Below the pieces are notes generated by a model. It did not search any database, was not told the DNA's origin, and saw only the letters and a list, made by a program, of their open reading frames with translations. From Antechinus flavipes (lineage: Eukaryota), in contig NC_067401.1 in assembly GCF_016432865.1 (NCBI RefSeq), positions 450,802,001-450,866,000 of the forward strand: a stretch of 64,000 bases of DNA. The letters are read 5' to 3'. The position numbers and the translations under genes were made by a program. How positions within the stretch are numbered: the stretch's first letter is position 1; every line of letters starts with the position of its first letter. Shown here piece by piece: positions 12,921 through 23,459 of this stretch.

Positions 12921-13394
12921 TTCTTGGGCTCTTCCCACTGGGCACCCAACTGCTTGAGGAGATAACAAGTGGAGAGTCAGATCTATTCACATCCCAGGAT
13001 GGGAGGAAAGACAGACACAAACGAGAGGGTGTGGATATGGGCAAGAAATGCCCAGAGAGGGCCCATGGATGAGACATGATTGGCATCATTTTAGGGAACC
13101 TCCCAAAAGATGAGATTTTAGAGCAGTGTGGCTGTTGAGGGCCACTATAATCTCCAAAGAATTAAAACCCAGTATCACTCAGAAGGGATTGGAGAGATGC
13201 ACAGAGGCCCTGAGGAGACTAGAGCTCATGTGAAAAACAATTAACTTCAGAAAGAATCAGAGAGAGGGCAACTTCAAAGAACTGTGTGATAGGAAAAGAG
13301 GAACTGGCCACATGGTGAGAGCAAGGTGTGGTCACTAAATGGATGGCCCAGAGCTCTCCTCTTCATGTTAGTAGAAAAAAATATATAAATTAAT

Positions 13395-13712
13395 CTGTCT
13401 TTGTCTCTCTTCATCTCCTTTTGTCTCTCTCTGTTACTGTCTTTGTGTGTGTCTCTCTCCCTCCTCTTCCCCCTCTCCATCTCCTTCCTTCCCTCTTCTT
13501 GTCTATCCTCCTCCCTCCCCATCTCTCTTCTTCCTTCTTCTTCTCCTTCCCCTTCCCCCTCTCCATCCCTTTTCCTCTTTCCCTCCTTCTCCATTTTCTC
13601 CCTCTCTTTTTCCCTCTCTCTCTCCTTCTCCTCTCCCTCTTCTTCTCCCTCCTCCCTCTGTTTCCTTTTCTCTCTCTCTGTCTCTCTGTCTCCCTCCCTC
13701 TCTTCCTACTAT
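13395..13712. repeat. Degenerate (TC/TCC/TTC)n polypyrimidine tract
   Basis: About 320 bp that is mostly C/T on + (nearly pure from ~13450). It generates the cluster of low-complexity ORFs at 13274-13827. Confidence 0.95.
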
Positions 13713-13849
13713 ATATATACACATTAGGTGTCATTATTATTATTTAAAAAATGAACAATCACATTATGCAATGCATTTTTCTTTACATTTCAGTAAGTAC
13801 AAAAATAAATCTATTCTTTTATGCTAATTGGTTAGAAAAGACGCTGACA

Positions 13850-14030
13850 AACTGGAGTGCGTCAATGGGAAGGTGGCCCAGTTTAGGAAGTGATCAGAGA
13901 GACCTTGCCAAGAATGGGTTGGCAGAAGGGACTGGTGATGTTTAGCTTGGAGGAGAGGAAGATTAGCAGTGAGGGATGCAGGAGAGACAACACTACTCAT
14001 ATTTTTAAGGTTGTTAGAGGTTTGTACAGT
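13850..14030 (+). mobile_element. CR1/L3 3' fragment
   Basis: 'gaagggactggtgatgtttagcttggaggagaggaagatt' matches the L3 motif 'gaactggggatgtttagcctggagaagagaaga'. Confidence 0.7.
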
Positions 14031-14067
14031 GGCTTTCTTACAACCATCATGTGAAATAGTGCTTCTA

Positions 14068-14327
14068 ATGTTGTTGTTTAGTCATTTCAGTTATGTCTGG
14101 CTCTTTGTGGCCCCCTTTGGGGTTTTCTTGGCAAAGATCCTGGAGCAATTGACCATTTTCTTCTCCAGCTCTTTTTATACATGAGAAAACTGAGGCCGAC
14201 AGGATGAAGTGGCTGGCCCAGGGTCACACAGCTAGTCAGTGTCTGAGGCTGGATTTGAACTTGAGGAGATGAAGCTTCCTAACTCCAGGCTGGGCTCTCT
14301 GTGCACTGTGGCAACCCCTAGCTGCCC
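14068..14327 (-). mobile_element. Mar1-type SINE
   Basis: Antisense tail 'gttgttgtttagtcatttcag...ggggttttcttggcaaagat', the core, and head 'ccctagctgccc'. Confidence 0.9.
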
Positions 14328-14532
14328 TCGTGCCTATTTTATTATGTCCCCTTTATAAGAAGGAAGTCAATGGGCATTTACAAAGTACTTGAAAACACTG
14401 TGCTAAGTGTCTGATTCACATCTCATTCGATCCTTATGACAATCCTGGAATAGATCCACTTCTCTACCATTTTACAGATGAGGAACCTTATGCTGTGATT
14501 TCAGAGTTCATGTTTTTGAAGGACTATTATAT

Positions 14533-14772
14533 GGAAAGGCAGCTAGGTGGCACGCTGGATCTCAAGTATCAGCCCTGGAGTCAGGGGAATCTGAGTTCAA
14601 ATCTGGCTTCAGACACGGACTAGTTATGGGATCTTGGGCAAGTCATTTTACTCTCTTTGCCTCTGTTTCTTCATCTATAAAATGAAGAAGGAAATGGCAA
14701 AGCACTCCTCTGTCTTTGCCAAGGAAACATCAAATGAGCATCATAGAGAATCAGACATGACCATGGTGACTA
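14533..14772 (+). mobile_element. Mar1-type SINE
   Basis: Head 'ggcagctaggtggc...ctgagttcaaatctggcttcagacac' with tail 'aaggaaatggcaaagcactcc...tttgccaagga'. Confidence 0.9.
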
Positions 14773-15029
14773 AGATGTGTATGAAAGCCATATACAAGCT
14801 CTCTAAACTAGAACCACTCAAATGGAAGGCGGATCTCAAGCCCCCTTTCCATATAAAATAGATGCAAGCAGATTTTTCTGAGAGGATCGCTAACAGCTGA
14901 GATGTTCAGGGCAGCCTTTGTATAGAAGGTAGGTCTGGACTGAGCCTGGAGGGTAAGGAGGATTGGAGAGAAAGGAGGGTTGGCCATGTACAGAGACTCT
15001 GGATGGACCGGCATGGGGCCCTTATCATG

Positions 15030-15260
15030 TATCAGACACTGGTAAGCAGTTTACAAATATTGTCTCATTGGATACTTACAACCACCCCATGAGTCAGCCA
15101 AGTGTCACAACTATCCCCAGTTTTATAAATAAAGAAACTGAGACAAAGAGAGGTTAAGTGACCGCCAGGTTCATGCAGCTCCAAGTGTCTGAAGCCATAT
15201 TTGAATTTGTGTCTTCCTGACACCAGACCTGACATTCTGTCCATCCTTCTCCCTAGCTGA
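15030..15260 (-). mobile_element. MIR fragment
   Basis: 'aaagaaactgagacaaagagaggttaagtgacc...gaagccatatttgaatt'. Confidence 0.7.
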
Positions 15261-16159
15261 TTGCCATTCTCATTCTGCCTAATTTCCCTACCCCTACGAT
15301 TTGAACAGGAGGGGTCAATAGCTACCTGTTCAGTATCATCTCTTTAGTGTTTCGAACTAAGCTCTTCTCTCAGCTGGTGGCTATTGAGGACTGTCCAGGT
15401 AGGGAGATGCCCAAACTCCAACTCTCGATTGACTGCCCAGACTCGTTCTGCTTAGCTCCTGAATTCAGATTATGAGCAGTGTGTGAGACATGGCAAAGGT
15501 GACAAAGGCTCCATAGAAGGAAAAAATCCATAAGAATCAGAATTGCCACCGGACTCAATGGGAATCCCAGGAATGAGGGGCTATCTTCCTTGCAGACCTT
15601 TTAACAGACACTGGCCAATCCCTTATGGAATATGTCACATCGATGTTGCCGCTTGTGCTGGACAGATGGCTGGTGAAGTCTCTTCTGAGCCCCAAATTCT
15701 ATGGTCCTGTGTAAATGGGTCTAGGAAATATGTAGGGGAGTCTAGAGGATTGTAATTTATAGTACATATTATTCTGATTAGCCATCAGAAGCTTTGTCAC
15801 CTATGAAGTAGGACATTGATGTCAACCACCATCATCTTCCTCGCATTGTCACATTGTATGAAAGTTCCAGAATTGTGGAGAGATGGACCATTTCCAAGGG
15901 ATGTCACAATGGCCACCTGGGAAGCTCTAGGTCAGTGCCCCAGAGCTAGAAGCTTGCCAAAGCTTCAGTAGCACTCAGGTCCACTGAAAGGACGGAGCCC
16001 AGACTTTTGTTCTTTCTCGTTTGCACGTGGACTATACATGATGTCCTCAAAGGCTTAGGACCCTTTTAAGCTCCTGGAGCTTAAAAACTTGAGAGCTAAA
16101 AACTGTGCTAGGACTGTGTTGCTTAGTGTGTCATTAAGATGATACCAATAATAGCAGCA

Positions 16160-16520
16160 ATAGCTAACATTGTCTAGTGTCTTAAGATTTGCAAAACACT
16201 TTACACATCCTATCTTATCCCCATAACAACAGGTAATATTATGATTCTCTTTTTGCAGATAAAGGAACTGAGATAGAAAGTAGTTAAGTGATATGCCTGG
16301 GATCCCTTATAAACAAATAAGCTAGGGCTAGAACTGTTTTTTTTTTCATCATAAATTCATTTTGTAAATAATAATAATAATGATAACAGCATTTTTAAAC
16401 CACTTTAAAGTCTGCAAAGTTCTATAAGTATTATGCTGTTTGGTTCTCCCAATCCTGTGAGGCAGTTTCCTTTATCATCCCTATTTTACAGATGAAGACG
16501 CTGAGATTAAGGAAGGTCAT
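16160..16520 (-). mobile_element. Two tandem MIR fragments
   Basis: Two antisense cores: 'ttttgcagataaaggaactgag' and 'cctattttacagatgaagacgctgag'. Confidence 0.65.
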
Positions 16521-16844
16521 CTGACAGAAGAGTCCTAGGGCTACTCATGGCTAGAATTTAGGGCTGGGGACAAGGTGGACGATTTGTCCCTTCCTGGGTG
16601 CCGGTTGCATCTGGTTGCCTCATAACTGCCGCCTTCCCTGCCTGCACTGTGTGAGCTTCTTCAGGAGAGACACTCACTTTTGCTCCTGTCGTCACTGCTG
16701 GCAGCCAGCAGATGTTTCCAGCATTTACTTGTTGATTCCTTATTTGATTCAGTTGTGTCCAGAGTGCCTAGGACAGTGTCTAGCGTAGAACAGACTCTCA
16801 ATACACGTTTGTTAAATTGAATTGAAGGATGAGGTCTTCATCTT

Positions 16845-17228
16845 TTTTTTTAATCACTTTTTATTGACAGAACCCATGCCAGGGTAATTTTTTACAGCAT
16901 TATCCCTTGCACTAACTTCTGTTCCGATTTTTCTCCTCCCTCCCTCCATCCCCTCCCCCAGATGGCAAGCAATCCTTTACATGTTGAATAGGTTACAGTA
17001 TATCCTAGATACAATATATGTGTGCAGAACCGAACAGTTCTCTTGTTGCACAGGGAGAATTGGATTCAGAAGGTAGAAATAACCGGAGAAGAAAAACAAA
17101 AATGCAAGCAGTTTACATTCATTTCCCAGTGTTCTTTCTTTGGGTGTAGCTGCTTCTGTCCATCCTTGATCAATTGAAACTGAATTAGCTCTCTTTCTCG
17201 AAGAGATTCACTTCCATCAGAATACATC
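16845..17228 (-). mobile_element. Young L1 3'UTR insertion with perfect 14-bp TSD
   Basis: TSD GAGGTCTTCATCTT at 16831-16844 and 17229-17242, with poly-T at left. The body closely matches 10150-10480. Confidence 0.95.
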
Positions 17229-17439
17229 GAGGTCTTCATCTTACGGAAATGGCCGAGTCTGAGGCTGGCAGCTAAATGAATGTCAGGGTGACCCGTGTGG
17301 AATAAGAAGAGAGAAAACTTTTTTTAATGAAGCACAGAGGAAACAGCCTGTTTCTCCTTCTACATTGGAGCCTGGAATGGACCACGGAGGGAATTGTGCT
17401 CCCAAACAGCAAGCATTTGGAGGATTCAATTACAATTGT

Positions 17440-18100
17440 TAGGTCCCTGAATTAACGATCCCAGAGGCTTAATAGGAGCCTCATTATAGACCCCCCTGTT
17501 TCGTGGCAGGGGGAAAACACCCGATACGTTAATAATTCTGCAAAATTGTTAGCCATTTGATTGTGAGCATAATTTATGCTAAGCGGAGGGGCTTTTCGCT
17601 AAGTACCCATTGGCTCACCTGGGTGAATTTTCCGGCCTTAGTTAACGTCACCTTTAAGATGAGAAATGGAGGGAAGATTGTGCTCCATGCATGTTCCGTG
17701 GCCTGCTTTGAACAGAAATGAACAAGAGGGGCTGCCTGGTGCCAGCGCAGTGCGGTGGCGGCGAGCAGGGACAGGGAGAAGGCACAATCATGGCACCTGA
17801 CACCTGCCGCTGAGGTGCGAGAGAAGGAAATGTTCACTAGCTGCGAGCCGAGAAGAAACGTCTGATGAAAATTCATCGCCCTCTTCATTATTTCACACGC
17901 TCTCGTCTTTCCTGCCTGTGATTCCACAGTTTCAGACATCAATTGTCTGGAACTTTTCGAGAATCCATCAACTGGAGCTATGGTATCAGTGTTCGGTGAT
18001 AGAGGCTAGAAGGCAGCAGCTCCTGGCAAGGAGAGTCGCCCTCCGCACTGAGGAGGGTCCCCCAATTTTAGTGGCGCATCCAGCACCGTGATAATCACTT
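17440..18100. promoter_or_regulatory. CpG-enriched unique block, candidate conserved enhancer/promoter
   Basis: About 25-30 CpGs by eye in ~650 bp against a CpG-depleted background. No TE similarity recognised. Contains TAAT motifs, CCAAT (attgg) and CAGGTG/CACCTG E-boxes. Confidence 0.5.
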
Positions 18101-18972
18101 AACTCTTTTAAAGGATTATGAAGAACAGAAATGCAAACATTTCCCCCCCCATGCCGAGGGCACAATCCCCCATAACCTTAGTCTGGAGAAGGGCACTGAT
18201 TAGAGATATAATTCCCCTCAACAGGACTTTGTGAGCTCCTCAGAGGCAAGCTCTCTTGCTTTTCTTTGTAAACTCAGTGCTTAACAGGGTGCCTGAAACA
18301 AGGTAGATGCTTAATAATATTTATTTCTTAATTCAATTTATGACTGGCTGACAAGTCTAGTTCCTATAAAATTACTTTCACCAAATTCTGAGTTCAGAGT
18401 CTCTCTCTGGGCTTGAACTGTGGCACCTTGGCGCTGGGACCCTCCCTCATTTGGTGGTACCATCTGCTTTGGAATCCTGGGCTTCAAAATTGCCAGGACT
18501 CCATTCTCTATCCTCCAATCAATGAAGAGGGCCAATGAAACAAAGCTCAGACTTAGAGGCCAAGACCTGATGGGCATGGGAAGGTAGCCTGCCCTGCCCA
18601 GGTCTGTGCAAAGTACTCAGAGTGAGAGTGAATGAGCCCTTCATCCCCGGGAGTACCAGAAAGAGAAGGGACAACTACCTCAGTCTGGTTGCTTAAAGAA
18701 ATCCCCAGATCTGAGTTTGCAGCCAATGGTGAGATACCACTCCCATGTTGGTGAGATGCCATTCCCATTGACATGGTACAAAAACACAGTCTTCCCTCAG
18801 AAGCAGGTAGCTGTTCCTCCTGTGTAAGTGCCTCCATCTTAGGTGAGCTGGGTGTGCACCTAATTCTTATTACCCAGGAAACCAGTGGCTCAGCTTTGTA
18901 ATCCAACCAGATGCCAAATCTCTCCAGTTTTGCCTCTAGAGCATCGCTCTCATCTAACTCCTTATCTCTTTC

Positions 18973-18975
<3 letters not shown>

Positions 18976-19003
<28 letters not shown>

Positions 19004-19024
19004 CCCAGACCCACACCACACACA
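18976..19024. repeat. (CA)n microsatellite
   Basis: Directly visible. Confidence 0.95.
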
Positions 19025-19029
19025 CATCC

Positions 19030-19790
19030 AGGCTTTCCTCCTGCTTAGATTACTGCAAATGACTCCTGGTCATTCTCCTTCTTTATGTTTCTCTAAGCCA
19101 GCCTATTCTCCATATTGTTGTAGGTTGCTTTTCTCAAGCCAGAGATGTGATCTTGTGACTGTACAACTCAACCAACTCTAATAGGTTCTAATTGCCCCTA
19201 GGATCAAACATCAATTCTTCTGTTTAACTTTTAAAACTCTGCACAGCTTCCAAGACTCATTGGCCATTCCACCCCCTCCTGCACTGTGACTGATCTTTTC
19301 ATATCCTCTCATGACACGGGTCCCCATGTTCTATCCCCTTATCTTAATTAGCCAGTCCCCATGGTTAAAATGTACTCTCCTCTTATGCTAGACTCCGAAG
19401 TTCCTCTCTTCTGTTAAGATGTAACTCGGACATTGTCTTCAGCTGAAGCTTTTATTTAAATCGCACAACCACTAGTGTCTTTCTGCCCCAAATACCTGGT
19501 ATTTATCTACTTGCAATACCTTTGTATTTATGACATACACATAAATACATTTACATGTATGTATATACACAAATATATTTATAAGAAGTCTTACATATAT
19601 GTGTTTTAAAATATATATGTGTGTATATATATGTATATATATATTTATTTATTTATTTAAATTGATGTTCTTGTCCCTCCATTAGAATGTAAGTTCGTTT
19701 CAATTGTGATTCTTTCATTCTTTGTAGTTATATCACCAGTGCCTAATACAGTACCAGACATACAGTATGCACAGAATAAATGCACGTTAA
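19030..19790 (+). mobile_element. L2 3' fragment interrupted by AT-rich simple repeats
   Basis: 'ttctaattgcccctaggatcaaacat' and terminal 'attagaatgtaagttc...gtgcctaatacagtacc...cagaataaatgca'. Confidence 0.65.
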
Positions 19791-20084
19791 TCTATATCTA
19801 TATAATTTATGTCACTACCTACACATATGTAGTCTTTGATTATTATTCACATATATCCAGCCTGGTAGAGTAGATGGAAAAAACTGGTTTCGTTTCCAAG
19901 GCAGGAGGACACAGATTCAAATTCTGCCTCTATTTACATTGGCTGAATGACTCTGAAGAAGTCACTTAAATTTTTTTATACTCTTGGTCAGAGGAGTCAA
20001 ATGTATGTTTCCTTGTGGACTGAATGAGCTCTAAGTAGGTTAAAATGTATTTGGGAAATACTAAACAAAAGAAACAAAAGATAA

Positions 20085-22036
20085 CAAAGGCATACCTCAT
20101 TCTGTTGCACTCCATAGAGCACACATTTTTTAAAAATGGAAGATTTGTGGTAACCCTGCATGGAGTAAGTCTGTCAGCACCATTTTCCCCAACAGCACAT
20201 GTTCACATCATATCTCTGTGTCACATTTTGGTAATTCTCACAATATTCCAAACTTTTTCATTATTATAATATCTGTTATGGTGATTTGTGATCTGTGATC
20301 TTTCATGTGACTACTGTCATTATTTTGGAGTTCTATGAACCATGCTGACATAAGACAGTGAACTTAATAAGTGTGTATGTTCTGAATGTTCCACCAAACA
20401 AGACATTCCGCCATCTTTCTCCTTCTCCTTGAGCTTCCCTGTTCCTTAAAATACAATAATTTTGGAATTAGGCTAATTAATAACCCTACAATGGCTTCTA
20501 AGTTCTCAAGTGAAAGCAAGAGTTGATCAATGTGGCAAACTTCATTTTTGTCTTATTTTTTTAAATTGCCACAGCTACCCCAACCTTCAGCAATCACCAC
20601 CCTAGTCAGTAGCCTTCAACAACAAGGCAACACTCTCCACCAGCAAAAAGATAATTCACCCAAGGTCTAGATGATGGTTAGCATTTTTTTCTTAGCAATT
20701 AAGTATTTTTAAATAAAGGTATGTATATTTTTAATGTATCAATTTAAAACTTACAATAAAAAACAAAACATAAAAGAAAGACAAAAAGAAAAAAAGAATA
20801 TTGTTATGTGCCCAGCAGAACATGTAGGAGGATTCAAAATATATAACAATAAATTTAATTTCAAGAAAGCATATACAATAATAGAAGATATTATATTCAT
20901 GACCATCCATTTTTATTTCCTTAGAGATTTTCTTTTCTTTTGGGCTGTGCACTTTTTACTTCATTTCTCTTCTCTTTCCTTCCCTCCCCCTCTTCCAAGC
21001 AAGCTATAGCTAATCATGGATATATATTTGCGTGTGGGGGAGAGGTGGAAGGGTAGATTGTTCTCTTTTTTCTTTTTTCTCTTTTGTAAGTTTTTCTTCA
21101 ATCTTTCTCATTTGTTTTTTAAATTTTTTGAGCTCTTGACTAAAATATGTTTGGGCAGATAACCACTTAATGTTAGTCTTTGGGGTAGGAGAGGTTCTCT
21201 TTTTAAACTTCAGTATCCTCCTCTGAAGATGAATACCAGTCTTCCTTATGCCTATTGTGACTTTCTATGGTTGAATTCTTTCTCCTTTGTCTGCTCATTT
21301 AAAAAAAAAAGAGCTTAATAGTGTAATCACCTCTATTCCTGGGGTGGTAGAATGTTGTTGATAGCTCCAGAACCTGGTCTAGAACCCCAAATCAAAAGCT
21401 TTACTCCTGTATAAATATCCCAAACCAGTAGCTTCCCTGCTCTCCTGCTTCTGCACTTACGTGTCCTGATTCCTTCTTTCTCAGGGTTGAGTCTCAGCAG
21501 CCAGCTGTGCTTGGTATTCCTTATCAGAGGTTCCTCAATCTTCTGGGACTCAGAGACTGGACTGCTCACAATGTCTAGGAGTTAAACTTCCTGTAGTTTA
21601 GGCTGAGGCTACTTCAAACCCAGTTAGCCCCAGGGCTCCATGATTGCTGATTCATTGGAGTTAGCTGGAGGTGTTAACATTTCTCACCAATTAAAGCTGG
21701 GTTGTGGGTCTTTGAGTCTTTTGGTGTTGTCCCAGGAGGACCCCTGTTCTGTCCCAGGTATATGTTGTTTTGATCCTATGTTTGCCCTGAGGCACAATTT
21801 TGTTTTGTTTGTGGGTGAACTCTTGTGCTTGGAATTTTCTTATCTACTTTGCTATCTTCCTAGAATACTCACCTACTTTTTTCTTTTAGAAAAAAATACT
21901 GTTTCACACTTAGAAGATTACATTACAGTGAGAATATAACTTTTATATGTACTAGGAAACTAAAAATGTCATTTTTTTTTTACTTTATTCTAATGTTTAC
22001 TTTATTTCAGTAGTCTGGAACTGAACGGCATGCTTA
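20085..22036 (+). mobile_element. Internally deleted Tigger1 derivative (Tigger1a_Mars-like), split by an insertion at 20733-21880
   Basis: 5' arm 'ggcatacctc...gaagatttgtggtaaccctgc...gtcacattttggtaattctcacaat...aaccctacaatggcttctaag'. 3' arm 'aaattgccacagctaccccaaccttcagcaatcaccacc', resuming at ~21895 'cacacttagaag...gtctggaactgaac...ggcatgctta'. Matches the recalled Tigger1 consensus. Confidence 0.88.
20733..21880 (-). mobile_element. Short bipartite L1 derivative: 5'UTR + ORF1 N-terminus joined to an L1-type 3' tail
   Basis: The minus strand starts 'tctaggaagatagcaaagtag' (L1 5'-end-like). An ORF1-like start 'MSRQRRKNSTIESHNRHKEDWYSSSEEDTEV*' lies at ~21297. The tail at 20733-21050 is shared with 42420-42590. 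Confidence 0.65.
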
Positions 22037-22039
22037 CAG

Positions 22040-22146
22040 AATATAGACAATGTTATTATGTGATTTTCTAAGTCCATATGTGACTTCTAGAAATCCTTAT
22101 GTACAGTTTATTGGCCTATGGTTCTATTTGAGTTTGACATTACTGT
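22040..22146 (-). mobile_element. Marsupial hAT-Charlie MITE end fragment
   Basis: The minus strand reads 'cagtaatgtcaaactcaaatagaac...', a CAG-start hAT-type terminus. Confidence 0.6.
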
Positions 22147-22329
22147 TCTAGGCAACGAAGACTAAAGGTTACAGAGGAGATGCTGACCTGCTTTTATAAA
22201 GGGAATTTCATTATCTGAGGCTTCTCTAAGTGAATAAAATCAGATACCCATTTCCTATCTTATATTCATATATACATGCACATATACATTTAACATATAC
22301 ATATACATACATTTAGTAAAATATAACAT

Positions 22330-22930
22330 AAACTACAATTACTTTTAATGTGAATGGATTCAATTCCCCAATAAAAACAAGAGAATAGTGGAATGTATCA
22401 AAATCCTAAATCTAAGCAAGTAAGAAATTCGTTTTTAAAAAGATATACAGAGTAAAGATAATTGGATATAACAGAAAGCCATTATAGTTCCAACAGTTCT
22501 ATAAAGGTAAAAGTTATAATTTTGACTTCAGATAAAGCAACCATAAAATTGATCAATTCAAGAAAGAGAAATAAAGAAATTGCATCATTTTTAGAGCCTC
22601 ACAGACAATGAAAAATAAGAAAAAAGTGTATATACATGTGCATCTTATATGCCATATATAACAATTATCAAGTGGCATAACATCAATTTTGATAAAAGAA
22701 AATCTGGGCTAATTACAAAAAAGATTTGAAGAAATGAAGGAGTGAATGGCAGAAAAAAATAAATATTAAATGCTCTGCACACTGGCAAAACATGGGGACT
22801 GTTACTGTTAGAATTGCCAAAGAAAGCCAGACACACTAATATACTGGCATAGGAGCTGTGATTTGATTTAATCATTCTCAAAAGGAGTTCATAAGTATTC
22901 ACAAAAGCAATTGTGCTACATTCTCTGTTA
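22330..22930 (+). mobile_element. Old L1 ORF2 endonuclease fragment
   Basis: 'attacttttaatgtgaatggattcaattccccaataaaa' encodes ITFNVNGFNSPIK, the L1 EN N-terminus. Confidence 0.8.
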
Positions 22931-23089
22931 TTCAACAAATGCATTATGTGACATGTACCTCAACTAGTCAAAGGAGATAACAAATAGTCAATAAAGTTCA
23001 AATATTCAGAGCAAAAATTTTTGATACCAAAGAATTAAAAATAAAGAGTTCCCATAAAAGATGAAATTGCTGAAAAATCCTATGTTGTG

Positions 23090-23310
23090 AGAAGCAACAT
23101 AGCATAGTGGATAGAGACCTAGTTTCAGAGACAGATCTGGGTTCAAGTCCCAAATTTGACATATCCTGGTTGTTTAACTTCAAGCAAATCCTTCAACTTC
23201 AATGCCCCAGGCAAATTTCTAACATTATTATGGCACAGTATATGCTGATCTACATTGATAAAATAATTTCCTCACTGAGAGTTCCTTATACAAATGAAAT
23301 GAACAGGTCT
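23090..23310 (+). mobile_element. Mar3/WALLSI4-like SINE
   Basis: Head 'gcatagtggatagagacc...gggttcaagtccca' and tail 'ccccaggcaaatttct...atttcctcactgagagttccttatacaaatgaaat'. Related copies near 22150, 26370, 40160 and 57290. Confidence 0.7.
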
Positions 23311-23459
23311 AAAAATAAAAGAATATATTATCATTGAATAAGAAATGATCACCATGAGGAATTCAGAAAAACATGGAAAGTTTGTATGAATTGATGCAGT
23401 GTGACCAAAAATATACATAAAATGCTCAGCAATGTAAGTGAAAATGTCATTCAGACTAC

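Noticed and set aside
13274-13827. Cluster of 70-126 aa ORFs on both strands
   Set aside because: Low-complexity products of the pyrimidine tract.
14533-14620. tRNA-like A/B boxes in SINE heads as tRNA genes
   Set aside because: They continue into CORE and RTE tails, so they are SINEs with no complete cloverleaf.
17574-17942. 122-aa minus ORF in the CpG-rich block
   Set aside because: No recognisable protein similarity. GC-rich DNA is stop-poor, so it is kept only as a regulatory candidate.
18553-19181. 156-aa and 98-aa ORFs
   Set aside because: They span a (CA)n microsatellite and L2 sequence and show no domain.
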